Position numbers and translations under genes: made by a program. The notes under the pieces were generated by a model. It was not told the origin of the DNA, made no database searches, and was given only the letters and a program-made list of their open reading frames with translations. Shown here piece by piece: positions 43,590 to 64,000 of a stretch of 64,000 nucleotides of DNA. Within the stretch, counting starts at the first letter, position 1; each line of letters opens with the position of its first letter. Where the stretch lies: NCBI RefSeq assembly GCF_009914755.1, contig NC_060935.1, one strand, 5' to 3'. This stretch comes from the human T2T-CHM13v2.0 reference genome, Homo sapiens.

Positions 43590-46500
43590 ACTGGTAGTAA
43601 AGATAGACTTTTAAATAAATGATTCTGAGACAACTAGTAGCAATTTGTAAAAAAAAAAATAGGCAAAATCATATCTCATACAAGACAAGACTACAAGTCC
43701 TATAAAAAAAAAGTAGAGATGAATTATTGCTTAACCTTGGTGTAGGAAAAGACTACCTAAATTTGACTCAAAATCTTAAGCCAATAATAGAAAAGATCAG
43801 TGAGTTCAACTACAGAGAACACTGCATGGTTTTTTAAAAAATATAACATTTCAAAAGACATCCAAAAAACTAGGGGAAAATATTTACACTATATGCATCA
43901 AACAAAGGATTGACATCCCTAATATACATAGAACTCTTAAAAATATAGGGACCAAAGACTAAAAAACTAATAGAAAAAAAAGAAGATGACATGAAAAGAT
44001 AATTTGTCAACAAAGATATAAAATGGCTTTCAAACTCACTTGTAATTAGAAAATACAAATTAAAACACCCAGATACTATTAATTTCTTGGTTGGACTGGG
44101 CAAAATTAAAAGGTATGCTGATACACTCTGCTGGCAGTGCTGTGAAGAAACAGGCACTCATACATACATTGTTGGTGGTAATGCAAATTGGTTCAACTTT
44201 TCTAAAGGAAAATTTGACAATACCTACTAAAACTATATGCGCAAACTTACCTCTGACCCATAAATCTCACTTCTAGAAGTATAATCTGAAGATACACCTC
44301 AAACAACACAAACATATACAAACATATATATGCACAGACTTATTCATTGCAGCATTGTTTGTAATAGTAAAATATTGGAAACAACCTAAATGTTAGTGCA
44401 TAGGAGAGAGGTTGAATAAATAGCATATCCACATAGGTAATCACTAGGCAGTTGTCAAAAAGAAGAAGGTAGCTCTCTATGAACAGATTTGAAATGACAT
44501 CTAGGATATAAAATTGAGTGAGAAAAACAAAATGTAACAGTATCCATATTATATTATCTTTCAAGGAAGAAAGAAGAGTATATAATAGAATACACGTGCA
44601 TCCAGTTATTTGTGCAGAAGAGATACAGGAAGGGTATACCAGATGCTAAAGATATTAGATACGTACGGAATTAAGAAGGGTAAGGGGTGAAAATGAATGA
44701 GAAATGGAAACAGACTAGTAGGGATGAGGATGGGGTAATAATTCTCAAAGTATAACTTTGTGCATAATTTTGGCTCCTAGAATTACAACAACATCTTGTA
44801 TGCCCCAGAAAATAAATAGTTAAATTTATCCAGGCTGTATGGGGAGCAAAAAATGAAATCCAAACGATAACTAATTGACCCAAAAATCTTACAAATTCAG
44901 TATTTGTAGTGTTGTATTACAAATGAATAACTTAACCACATTGAAGGGGAAAAGGAAAAAAAAGAACTTGAATAATTTTGGAAAGCAGTCTTTGCCTGCA
45001 TACTATAGGCTAAAGACAAAAAGAACTACACTGAAATACTGTAGATTACTTGTAAGTCTTTTATCACAGTGATATGGGTTACCAATTCTGTAATTACTTT
45101 ATACATGTACTAGGATTGAATAAATATGTGAATATACTGTATGTAAAAAGAGCAAGGTTTCTCACTGATGGAGAAATTGTTTTAAATAAGGAGCAGGAAA
45201 AGCTAAATTAGAACATGTGTTACTGAATTGCAATAAAAGGTATCAGTATATACTATTTATGGTTTAAAAATATATATATAAGAGGAATATATATGGAAAT
45301 ATATGTAACACTATACACACACATATATGTGTGCATGTGTGTGTGTGTCTGTATGTAGCTTAGGATATTTGCACATATTTCATATCCCTATCTGTTGAAA
45401 AGGTCGAGGAGCAACCAGAACACTCATAGCCCAGAAACTGAGAAATATCATTCTTCAACAAAGAGAACCAGGGCTCCTTTGATAAGTTCATTGTAGAACT
45501 GGGACAGGGAAAATACAAAATGAACCAAAAACATCTGGTGATATCAGAATATAAGAAAGTGCTTAAAAATAGATGAAGATAAACTGGATCACTTACATTG
45601 CTTGTAGGAATGTAAAATTGTACAGCCACTCTGGATAATTTTTTAATAAAACTGAACATGCAGTTATCATATGACCCAGAAGTTGCACTCTTAGGCATTT
45701 ATTCACAAGAATGAAAACTTATATTCACACAAAAACTGGCAAATAAATGTTCATAGCAGTTGTATTCACAATGTCCCAAAGCTAGAAACCACCTAGATGT
45801 TCTTCAAAACCAAACATTGAACATAGCCCAACTTCTAGCTAGATTAACATACATCTTCATACACAAGTCCTGTTTACGCCTGTTCCTGTTTTTTAGTACA
45901 ACATGTCTGGCTTTCAACAAAACATTACGAAACATGTCAAAAGCAAAAAAAAAAAAAAATCTTAAAAGACAATACAAACATCGAAATCAGAATTGGATAT
46001 GACACAATTGTTGAGCTTATCAGACAGAGAATATTAAATAACCACAATATAAGGTTTCTAATGAAAAAAGTAGACATCATCCAAGAACAGAGGGGTAATG
46101 TAAGCAGAAAGACAGAAACTCTAAGAAAGATTGAAAAAGAAATGCTAGAAATAAAAATGACTTCGTCAGAAATAAAGATTATGTTTGATCAGCTCATTAG
46201 TAGACTCAATACCATAGAGGGAAAAATAAGTTTGAAAGTAAATAAATAGAAAGTTCTCAAACTAAAATGCAACAAGAAAAAAAGAAAAAAGGACATCCTG
46301 AAATTGTGGGAAAATTTCAAAAGATATAACATACACATAATCAAAATCCTGAAGGAGAAAGCACAGAAGAAATACTGGAAGTAATAACAGCCAAGAACTT
46401 TTCAAAATTAATGACAGATAATTTCAGATCCAGGAAGCTCAGAGAACAGCAAGAAGAAATACCATAAACAAAACAGAACAAAACAACCCCCAAACCAAAC

Positions 46501-46672
46501 CAAACCAAACCAAAAAAAATTACATGTAGGAATATTCAAGCTACATAAAATCAAAGACATAAAGAAAATATTGAAAAAAATGCCACAGTGTGAAGAACTT
46601 ATCTATAGAGAAAAAAGGGTAACAACTACAGCCATTTCCTTTAGAAGGCATGCAAGCAAGAAAAGAGGTACT
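43590..46672 (+). mobile_element. Cluster of old L1M fragments (3' ends and an ORF1 region)
   Basis: Degenerate ORF2 C-terminal/3'UTR motifs (TTCATTGCAGCATTGTTTGTAATAG) and ORF1 motifs (CAGATCCAGGAAGCTCAGAGAAC). Confidence 0.6.
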
Positions 46673-47236
46673 TGTAAGTGTTAAAAAAGATTAAAGAAAC
46701 ACAAAAAGTGGCTCAACAGTCAAAGACAGGTTTATTTCTCCTAAATAATATTTTAACATTTTATAGAAAGGAAACGTTTAGGTTCAAGTTAAGATAAAAG
46801 ATTGTGGAGATCAATGTTCTTTTGAAGTCTCAGAGTGGCTGTTCTTAGAGATAAAAGATGACAAATATTTCCCATTCAGATCTTTAAAGGGTGCTAGACT
46901 CTTACTTAATCTCTTCAGGATTGGGAGGGCCTAGAAGAAAAAGATCTAGCTATGTTAATAGAGATTCTTTACAGATGCCCATTTTCCCTACAAAGAACAG
47001 CTTGCAGGACCATTTCAAAACAGGCAAAAAAAAAAAACATGTTTTGGGGTAAAATATTTTGACTTTCTTCTTTGTCACATAATGTTATGTCAGAGTCATA
47101 TTGGAAAGTAAGTCACAATATATTGGGTTAAATAAAACTCATCTGATGAAAATTTATGGTTTGTAGGACGTAACTCCCAGACCTCTTAGATAGAAGTTTG
47201 GGCAAGATAAAAAAAAAAAAAATTCAGAGTTTAGTC
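46673..47236 (-). mobile_element. MER4-family (MER4D/E-like) ERV1 LTR; its last 4 nt (CTCA) are displaced to 52560-52563
   Basis: TGTAAG...GGCTCAACAGTCAAAGACAGGTTTATTT at one end; TTTGGGCAAGA(A)nTCAGAGTTTAGTC[CTCA] is the reverse complement of the TGAGGACTAAACTCTGA LTR start. Confidence 0.8.
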
Positions 47237-47250
47237 ATTTGTGTCTATGT

Positions 47251-51335
<4,085 letters not shown>

Positions 51336-52563
51336 GAATCTAGAAGGTAACAGCAAATCATCATTTCCACCATATCCATTAAGAAAGTAAAAATGAATTT
51401 TAAAAATAAAAAAAATTAAAGACATCAGAGACCTGTGGACGAAAATACTATAAAGAAACTAAATGCAGGTATAGGAAAAGCCCTTTCTGGGTAACAGATT
51501 GGTGGCTTCTTTCATCATCTGGGCCATGTGCTGAGTCTGAGCATAGAGGAATGGATGATGGGGCTGAATGGGGTAGGCAGAGGAAGAAGTCTACAGTATG
51601 TTAATGCTTACAGATCTACTGGAACACACAGAGGGTAAGACTTACCTTAAGATCATTTGAAATCAGGTGAATGAAAACTAAGTTAAACTGCCACTCATTT
51701 CTGACCGAGTTCCATTCTTTATTAGATCAAAAAGATTAGCCTTTCACTCTAGCTGCCTTATAAGGAAAGAGCAATGCTCTCTCAGAGGAGAAACTACCAA
51801 CTTCAGTATCTATGTTTTTTTATACATGATGTTTTCCATGCAATCAAAAAATTATGAAGCATACAGAAAAGCAGAAACACATGATACATAATCAAGCATA
51901 CAAACAACTCACAATAGGTACAGACACAAGAAAAACATACTAGAATTATAGACAATAAAAATTATTATTATATACATTAAATAAAGGAAAACAAGGACAA
52001 AATAGACACATTATTAATAAGTTTATTGGAGAAATTGGTTCTCTGAGAAGAATATAATAAATATTTTGGAAGTGAAAAATGCTATAACTGACGTTAAGAA
52101 TGTGTTGGATATAGTGAATAGTACAATAGATACATAAGAAGAAAGGTTCATTGCATAATGTATAATAGACATTATACAAACTGAAGCACAAATAGCTAAA
52201 AGCATGTCTAAAACCAACAAAGGAAGAGCATGTGACTCTGTTAATAGTCTGACAAATGTGTAACTAGAATCCCTGGAGACAGGAAGAATGGAATAAAGCT
52301 ATATTTTACCTCAGATGGAAGGACAGAGATTCAGAAACAACAAGAACTTAAAATGATAAATATGTCAGAACACATAAAAGACTATTTTATTATACAAATA
52401 TTGACTGTTTAAAATAACAACTATATTCATGTGTTTTAGGGTTTATATAGACAAAAGTAATATATATGACAACTGTAGTACATAAAGTGGAGAAAGATAC
52501 TGTTTTTACTTTATATTGCTTATAAAGTGGTAAAATACTAAAAAAATCAGAGTTTAGTCCTCA

Positions 52564-55215
52564 AAATGAAATTATATAAAATGTTCAAATAAAACTGGAA
52601 AAGGCAGAAAGAGAGGAGAAAAGATAAACGTGACAGAAAACAGTTACAAAAATGATAGATATTAATACAACTATATTAATAATCATTTTTAATGTAAATG
52701 ATTTAAATAGAGAAAGGAAAAGACAGATCGACAAAATGGATAAAATATGACAAAACTGTGTTTTGTCTACAAGAAATCCAGTTTATTATAGAGAAAGGCT
52801 AAAACTAAAGGGATGGGGAAAGATGAACTAACACTCTGACACTATCAAAAGAAAGCTAGAGTGGCCCTAATTTAGACAAAGCAGACTTCAGAACAAGGAA
52901 AATTATCACAAATAAGAGCTTACATAATGATAAAAGGCCAATTCTCCAAGAAGAAATAATCTTAAACATATATGTACCCATCAGCATTGTGTCTAAGTTC
53001 ATGAGACAAAAATTGATAGAACTGAAAAGAGAAAAAGACAAATCCACCATCAGAGTTGGAACTATCAAAAACCCTCTTTAATTGATAGATCATGTTGATT
53101 TAAAAAAATAAAAATACAGTTGATCTGATCAGTGCTATTAATCAACTTGATCTAATTGATATTTATAGAATACTCTTCCCCAAAACAGAGGAATATACTT
53201 TTACCTCCAGCTCACATAGATCATTAAACAAGACAGACCACATTCTCTGCTATAAACCGTAACTTAAATTTAAAAGAATAGAAATTATACAAAGTATTTT
53301 CTCAGATCACAATGGACTTGAACTAGAAATCAACAACAGAAAAATAGCTGGACAATCTCAAAATATAGGAAAGTTAAACAATACACTTCCGAATAACAAG
53401 TGAATCAGATAGGAAGCCTCAAGGGAAGTTAAAACAACACTTTGAATGGAGCGAAAGTGAAAATACTACATAAAACAACATACCAAAACTTATGGAACAT
53501 ATATAAAGGCAATGCCACGATGGGAATTTAGAGTTATCAACATATTAAAGAGGAAGAAAGATCTCAAATCAACAACTTAACTTTACAACTTAAGGGACTA
53601 AAAAAAGAAGAACAAAGCAAACCCAAGTCTAGCAGAAGGGAGGAAATAAAGATTAGAGCAGAGAATGAAAAATAGTAGAGACAATTCAGTAAAAGCAAGA
53701 GTTGATTCTCAAAAAGATCAACAAAATGGACAAACTATTAGCTGGACGGGCAAATTAAAAAGAGAGAAGACCCAAATAACTAAAATCAGAAATGAAAGTA
53801 GGGACTTATAGAAATAAAGAGAGTTAAAAGAGAATACTGTGAATTACTGTACACCAATAAATTAGATAACCTGGATGAAATGAACAAACTCCCAAAAATA
53901 CACAAATCACCTAAACGGATTAAAAAAGAAAAGGAAAATCTCAATAGATCTATAACAAATAAATAAAATTGGTCATCAAAAACCTCCTAACAAAGTCCAG
54001 AACCAGATTATTTCGTTGATGAATTACTACCAAACAGTCTTAAAAAATTAACACAAGTCTTTCTTAAGCTCTTCTAACAAATTGAAGAGGCAGGAACACT
54101 CTCTAATTTATGAGGCCCACATTACTCTAACATCAAAGCCAGATAAAGACATCACAAGAAAATAAAATTACAGATGAATAACCTTTATGAGTATAGATGT
54201 AAAAGTTCTTAACAAAATACTAGCAAACTGAATTCAATAGCATATTAAAAGTATTATACACTGTGACCAAATGGGATTTATCTCAGGAATTCAAGATCAT
54301 TCAACGTATGAAAATCAATGTAACACATTACTTTAATAGAACAAAGAGTAGGGGAAAAGCACATGATAATCTTAATTGATACAAAAAAGACATTTGACAA
54401 TACCCAACGATCTTTTATCATTAACAAAAACTCTCAGAAAACTAGGAATATAAGTAAACTTTCTGACCACAATAAAAGGAATTTATTAAAAACAACTCTC
54501 AGCTAACATTAAACTCAATGGTTAAAGAATAAAGCTTTGCCCCTAATTAGAAACATAAGGATACCCACGTTGACCAATGCTGTTCAATGTTGTACTGGAA
54601 GTTCTAGCTAGAGCAATTAGACAAAGAAAAGAAATAAAAGCCATTTAAATTGAAAAGAAGGAAGTAAAACTATCTCTCTGTTTACACATGACATTGTACT
54701 ATATGTAAGAAATCCCAAAGAATCCACAACAAAGCTACCAAAGCTAATAAATAAATTCAACAAAGTTGTAGGGTACAAGATAATTACACAAACATTAGTT
54801 GTGTTGCTGGACATCTGCAATAAAGAATCCAAAAAGAAAATGAAGAAAACAATTCCATTGAAATAGTATGTGAAAAAATAAAATAGCTAGGAATAAATTT
54901 GACCAAGAAGATAAAAGACTTATACACTGAAAACTACAAAATATTGCTCAAATAACCTAAAGGAGTCCTGAATAAATACAAAGACATCCTGCATTCATGA
55001 GTAGGAAGACTTAATATTATTAAGATGTCAATACTTCCTAAAGGTATCTACAGATTCAATGCGATTTCTACACCAAAATTCCAAAAGTCTTATTGCAGAA
55101 ATGAAAAAGCCAAATTCAAATTTATATAGAGTTTAAATGGGCCCCAGTGGTTATTTGGGGCCCATTTCAACTTCATATAAATCTTGAAACAATCTTGAGA
55201 CATAAGAACAAAGTT
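52564..55215 (+). mobile_element. Old L1M inter-ORF/ORF2 relic
   Basis: Degenerate EN/RT motifs (GTACTGGAAGTTCTAGCTAGAGCAATTAGACAA). Confidence 0.8.
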
Positions 55216-57088
55216 TTATGTTATATATGTTTTTTCACCACAATAAAAAATTTCAACTTTTTTGAGCAAAAATCTCAAATATTTAACCAAAGAAAACAAA
55301 AGAATGGCCACTAAGCACCTGAAAAGATGTTCAACATCATGTATCATCAGATAAATGCTGTACAAAACTATAATGTGAAATCATCCACAACCACTTGAAG
55401 GCTAAAATCAAAGTCTGACAACACCAAATGCTGACAAGGATGCATAGCTATTAAAACTTCCAAACATTATTGGTGGGAATGTGGAAAGGTACAACCACTT
55501 TGATGAACTATTTTCCAGATTCTTATAACATTAAACATACATCTATCCCATGACTTAGCAATTCCACTCCTATAAACATACTACAGAGAGGCAGGCATGT
55601 CTTCAGAATATGACTTTTACAGCAATTTCATTGACCTGATGTCCTTTGATGAAAAAAGTTAGTTTTGAAAATGTCCAATTTATCTATATTTCTTCTTTTG
55701 TTGCTCATGTTTTGGTGTCATATCTTAGAATGTATTGCCAAATTCAAGGTCATGAAGGTTGATGGATAAAATAATAAAGGTCATGAAGCTTGATGATAAA
55801 AATAGATAAATTTGGCCTTGCAAATTTGTACATGCACTTTAATAACAAAGAATGTGACTTTAAAGTTTTTGAAGATGCTCAGGAACATGGCTTCAACTAT
55901 TCAGACTTTGTAGTCGCCTTTGAAAATCTATTGGAACCATAGATTATTGTTTCAAATGGACTATATGTACATTTTATTTTTACTATCAAGCTTATCATAT
56001 CGAGTTTAAATTTTAAAAATTAATGCAAAGGACCACCAGAAAGCCTTTCCTTTTATAGAACACTGTTTCTCATTCACATCTTCCAATGAAGTGATTATTG
56101 TTTTAAATTCTTCTTGATATTATTTTAGATTATTTAGGAAAGATTATGGTGAAAAGGTGAAAGGTGAAGAAAATATTCATTTGGCTTTCTTGAAAATCTC
56201 TGTCAGGTCATTGCCTCTATGATGATGTGGTTTAGTTGCCACATAAAAAAAGACCTGGAGCTGGGGCCATTATATTCTGCTGTACTGCTAATTTGTTGGT
56301 TAATGAAGCAAATAAGATAATCTCTTATCCAAACTTATTACCTCCAGCTGTGAATAAATCCAGCTTCTTTGGGAATGAGGCTGGATAATCTCTGAGTCCA
56401 CACTCTAACCTGTGAAACCTAAGTATTTATTTAGGAAAATTTTTATTTCTATCCCAAGATTAGGGAATCAAACTTCTTCAGATAATTATTAATACCTATA
56501 TGTCTAAACTTTTGCTAGACATTATAAACTGGTGAAAAATCCATAAAAAATTATTATTAAGATCACAACCCTCATTAGCTTACAGTCTAGCTTGGGCTAG
56601 ACATGTAATATGAAGTGGAGATGATAAACAAGTGGTAAAACAAGATATACAAATATTAAACAGTTAACAGTTTATAACCAGATATAATTAAATGAAAAAA
56701 ATATGGTATCCAGACAATAAAGCGCTATGGGAAGTGAGGAAGAGAAGAGATCACTGGGAGTTAGAAATACATTTTCTCCCTTAATGAAAGCAGTGTTTCA
56801 GTGAGTGTGTGTGGGTGGAAATGGGGTAGGAGGACACTGCAGAGCTTTTTTTTTTTCTTATTGATTACTTGCAATGGCCAAGAGTATCGTTCTCATTTAG
56901 TAAGTGAGGAAACCCACTCAGGTTAAATGACTTACCTAAGAGCACAAAACTTTAAAGAGTATAATAGGATTTTAACATAGATCTACTTGATTGCAAAATT
57001 TTAACCCTTATATTTATGGTCCTTTGAATTCTCCCAGTTCAAATATCTGGGGCCTGTGGTATTTTGCACTCTCAGTGATAATTTGGAA

Positions 57089-57154
57089 ATAGTACCAAGA
57101 AAATCCAAGGCACATGTAACTATAGTACCAAGAAAATCCAAGGCACATGTAACT
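57089..57154. repeat. Perfect 33-bp tandem duplication
   Basis: ATAGTACCAAGAAAATCCAAGGCACATGTAACT x2. Confidence 0.97.
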
Positions 57155-57520
57155 ATCAGGAGTTATTCAAGGATATAAGGCCAGCAAATTACTCTATTTG
57201 CAGAAAACCTGGTGGTTGTATTGGTTTTTGGATAACTAATGAGGAAAAGTCTTTCTCTCTTTTTTTCTCTCTCTGTAATATCCCAGGCAGTTAATGACAT
57301 GAGCACCTGCCCCACTCCTCAGGTCACAGGGCCTAAGGTAAATTCAGACTTTGTAGTCACCTTTGAAAATATCCTCTTTAGGCAGAGCCTAAAGAGGATG
57401 AGCTCTAATATGTGCCAAACCATCAAACTATTTAAATCAGTGAAAATTTACCAGATATCTACTCTATATTCCCTCTATATCCCCTTGGTACCTTGTACAG
57501 TGTCTGAAACAACAATAAGT

Positions 57521-59020
57521 CATTGGTATGTCAAAGCTAACTTAATCTCATGAGTCAATTGCTAAATTTTCATGTTTTGTGAGCTGGTTAAACACACTCG
57601 CTATAAAAAAATTAAATTATTTAAACTTATAATTAAGTTATATTTTAAAAAATTAAAAAATCGTTTCCTAATCATTGTTCTACATTTTACTATTATCTGT
57701 GTTCTTGAGGTTATTTATAGCTATTGAATCTCTATAGTGGAAATCATAGTGTGCTACTATGCATCTCTTCCCAATGTTGTATTGAGTGACATTATGTCAG
57801 CAGTTTAAAATCTGCCAGGGTGGGAGTGTTTACACCATGGAAATAGGCAAACACAACAAATTAAGGTGTGATTTATTGATTTTTGATTGTCCAGATTTAA
57901 GAAAGTAATGAAGAAAATGTTATGATGCAGATTAAACTTGAAAGCATGTCATATCTGTAACTGATACATTGTAAATAGTACAAAAAATTGAGAAAATATT
58001 ATTCTAAACTATTACCCAAATCAGCAAAGAAGTCATTCATATCATTGAAAAATAAGTTCTAACATACATCTACCTTGTTTCACATTTATTTTGCTTACTA
58101 ACACAAAATAGCAAATGTCAGAAATACACTTGGTCTGATCCAGCAATCCCACTTCTGGAAATAAACCCAAAGGAAATGAAATTAGTTTGTCAAAGAGACA
58201 TGTGCACTCCCACATTCATTGCAGCATTATTCACAATAGCCAAGATATGGAATCAACTTGTGTCCATCATCGAATAAATGGATAAATAAAATGTGGTATA
58301 TATACACAGTGGAACATTATTCAGCCTTAAGAAAAAAGGAAATCCTGTCATTTGTGACAACATGGATGAATCTGAAGGACATTAGGTTAAGTGAAATAAG
58401 TCAAGCACAGAAACACAGATACCACATGATCTCACTTACATGCAGAATCTAAAAAAGTTGAACTCATAAAAGTAGAGAGAAGAATAGTGGTCACCAGGGT
58501 CTGAGGATAGGAGGTGGAGATTCTAGAGATGTTGGTCAAAGGATACAAAATTTAAGTAAAATAAGTGGAATAAGTTTATGAAATCTATTGTACAACCTGG
58601 TAACTATAGTTAATAGTAATGTGTTGTATTCTTGCAAATTGCTAAGAAGCTAAACTCTGAGTGTTCTCACAAAAAGAAAAAAGAAAAAAATAGAAATAAC
58701 ACTTGTTTGTCAATTTCAAGTGTAGTTGGGTTATGGATACAAGAGTTTGGTAAAAATCAAAGTATTTTTGAGAATTAATAGGCAATGTGAAATTCATAAT
58801 AAGGTTATATATTTTATTAGTTTGTAGATTATTTGTCCTATATTCTATATATCAGTAAAATTTATAAACTTATAGGTATATATACAAGTGTGTATATATA
58901 AGCACGTATCTCTATATATATCTGTATCTATTAATAGATATATAGCTATTTTTTACATGTATAGATAGACATACATTTTTTTCCTCCAGAGAGACAGTTG
59001 TTCATTACTTATTAGCACCC
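57521..59020. mobile_element. MER63-like hAT-Blackjack element split by an L1MA 3' fragment
   Basis: GTGGGAGTGTTTACACCATGGAAATAGGCAAAC internal motif; degenerate termini. Confidence 0.65.
58136..58691 (+). mobile_element. L1MA 3' end
   Basis: L1MA-type 3'UTR and A-tail; TSD AGAAATA(A)CACTTG at ~58120 and ~58692. Confidence 0.85.
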
Positions 59021-59298
59021 TATTAGGTAAAACCCAAACTTAACCCTCAATACACATGTAAGGTAAGGGCATAAAACTATATGTCATATTAAAGAAACCT
59101 AATATTTTGGGGTTCCAATGAGAGAGAGAGAGAAAGAGAGGAGACAGAGAAACATCCAATTGGAAGAATCAAGACGGATATAAACACATGAAGATAGTGG
59201 CCTTTTGGATTCATTTTTAAGGATAGGCCAGAATTTATAGGCAGAGTCCAAACACAGGACTTGAGCAAAGCTGCCAGGGCAGGAAGCAGTAGGATTTC

Positions 59299-59630
59299 TG
59301 TATCAATAAGGGTTCTTTTGTTGCAAGAACAGAAACTGATTTTGCACGATTTAAGTGTAAAGAAATGGATCAGGCAGAGAATCTCTGGGAAGGCTGAAGG
59401 GTCAGGCTAAGAGGCAACCCCAAATCACACTACAAACAGCCTCAGCACATTTGGCATGGCAAAATATATACGGCTGCAGCAGGCACAATGGCCACTGCTA
59501 TCCTCAAAACCGTATCTTGTATATAGCCCATGGCTCTCAGAGAAAGTTCTTCCCAACTCTTTCTCCTTTTGAAGTCCAGAGTGAGTCTCAGATTAGTGGA
59601 ATCTGAGTCATAGGCTATACTGTGGTATCA
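59299..59630 (-). mobile_element. MLT1-type LTR
   Basis: TGTATCAATAAGGGTTCTTTTGTTGCAAGAACAGAAACTGA start. Confidence 0.55.
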
Positions 59631-59749
59631 GCGTGAACTGGGAAATAAAGTCAATTTCAACTTCAATAAATAAAAATACACTCTATTTCCCATACAGATT
59701 CTTAGGGCGGGAAGTTCACCCAGCATAGGAAGTATTTTCAGATACAGGA

Positions 59750-60390
59750 AATTAATTGAGTAAACATTTATTAAATACATATTATTTGCTAGGCAATGTG
59801 TTAGGTACTGGTGATTCCAATGAATGAGGCAGCTTGTGAATTCAAGGTGCTCACTTTTAGAAGCAGAGATACACATATACATAAATAACTAAATACAATA
59901 TGGTCAGCTTCACAGTAGGAGAGATAAGCTAGGCTGGGCTTTGGAATCTTTCAGGGAAAGAAATAGACAAAAAAGTCATGTGAAATGAGTCTGGAAGGGT
60001 GAGTAGGGTATTTTTTGATTTGCAAAAGAGAAAAGGAAGTTTCAGGCACATTCAAGCTGTAAGTAATCCAGTTTGGGGAGAATTTAGGATAGTGAGAGAT
60101 TATATTAGAATGTGAAGATATAGCATGAAAGAATAAAAAGAGTCATCAGGAAATCATGGAAAATTTTTGGGGACAGATATAGAGTGATCAGAACGTGCAG
60201 CATGAACTTTAATAAGATAATACAGCAGTTGTGTGGAGGGCAGTTTAGAATCAAGAATAGAGGCAGCAATGTCAGGAACATGGCCATCTCTCACATTCCA
60301 AACAAATAATTCAAAGAAAAGGTAATGAAGGCCTAATCTAGGATGATGGCAGGAAAATGAAGAAAAAAGTAAGGATGTAAGAAGCACTGT
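59750..60390 (-). mobile_element. L2
   Basis: AAACATTTATTAAATACAT...CTAGGCAATGTGTTAGGTACTGG. Confidence 0.6.
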
Positions 60391-60394
60391 GAGG

Positions 60395-64000
<3,606 letters not shown>

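Overview
Human (primate) genomic DNA, not microbial. The first ~9.5 kb hold one two-exon, plus-strand gene that I recognise as C11orf87 (11q22.3), an uncharacterised neuronal single-pass membrane protein of 197 aa. It has a CpG-island promoter with a perfect CRE, a short exon 1 carrying an interrupted CGG/GGC repeat, a 1.1-kb intron (2433-3543), CDS 3803-4396 and a ~5-kb 3'UTR. The remaining ~55 kb show no recognisable protein-coding gene and grow steadily richer in transposon relics: Alu, L1PA/L1M, L2, MIR, MLT1, MER4 LTR, MER5, MER6 and MER63. Most interesting signals: (1) after splicing, the whole 5'UTR is stop-free in the C11orf87 frame and the CGG tract reads as poly-Arg. The junction creates a strong-Kozak CUG, while the annotated AUG is weak and the next AUG lies just after the TM helix, suggesting several proteoforms. 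(2) A perfect split (10-bp spacer) RE1/REST site lies in the 3'UTR. (3) A perfect 14-bp 3'UTR helix pairs a miR-124 8mer with a miR-128/miR-27 8mer. (4) An L1PA inside a MER4 LTR has a 20-bp TSD enclosing ~1.2 kb beyond its poly(A), a candidate 3' transduction. (5) A perfect 4x26-bp minisatellite is built on 16-bp palindromes. (6) Three template-switch (fold-back) scars sit in old L1s. Repeat subfamily names and old-repeat boundaries are by eye and approximate.
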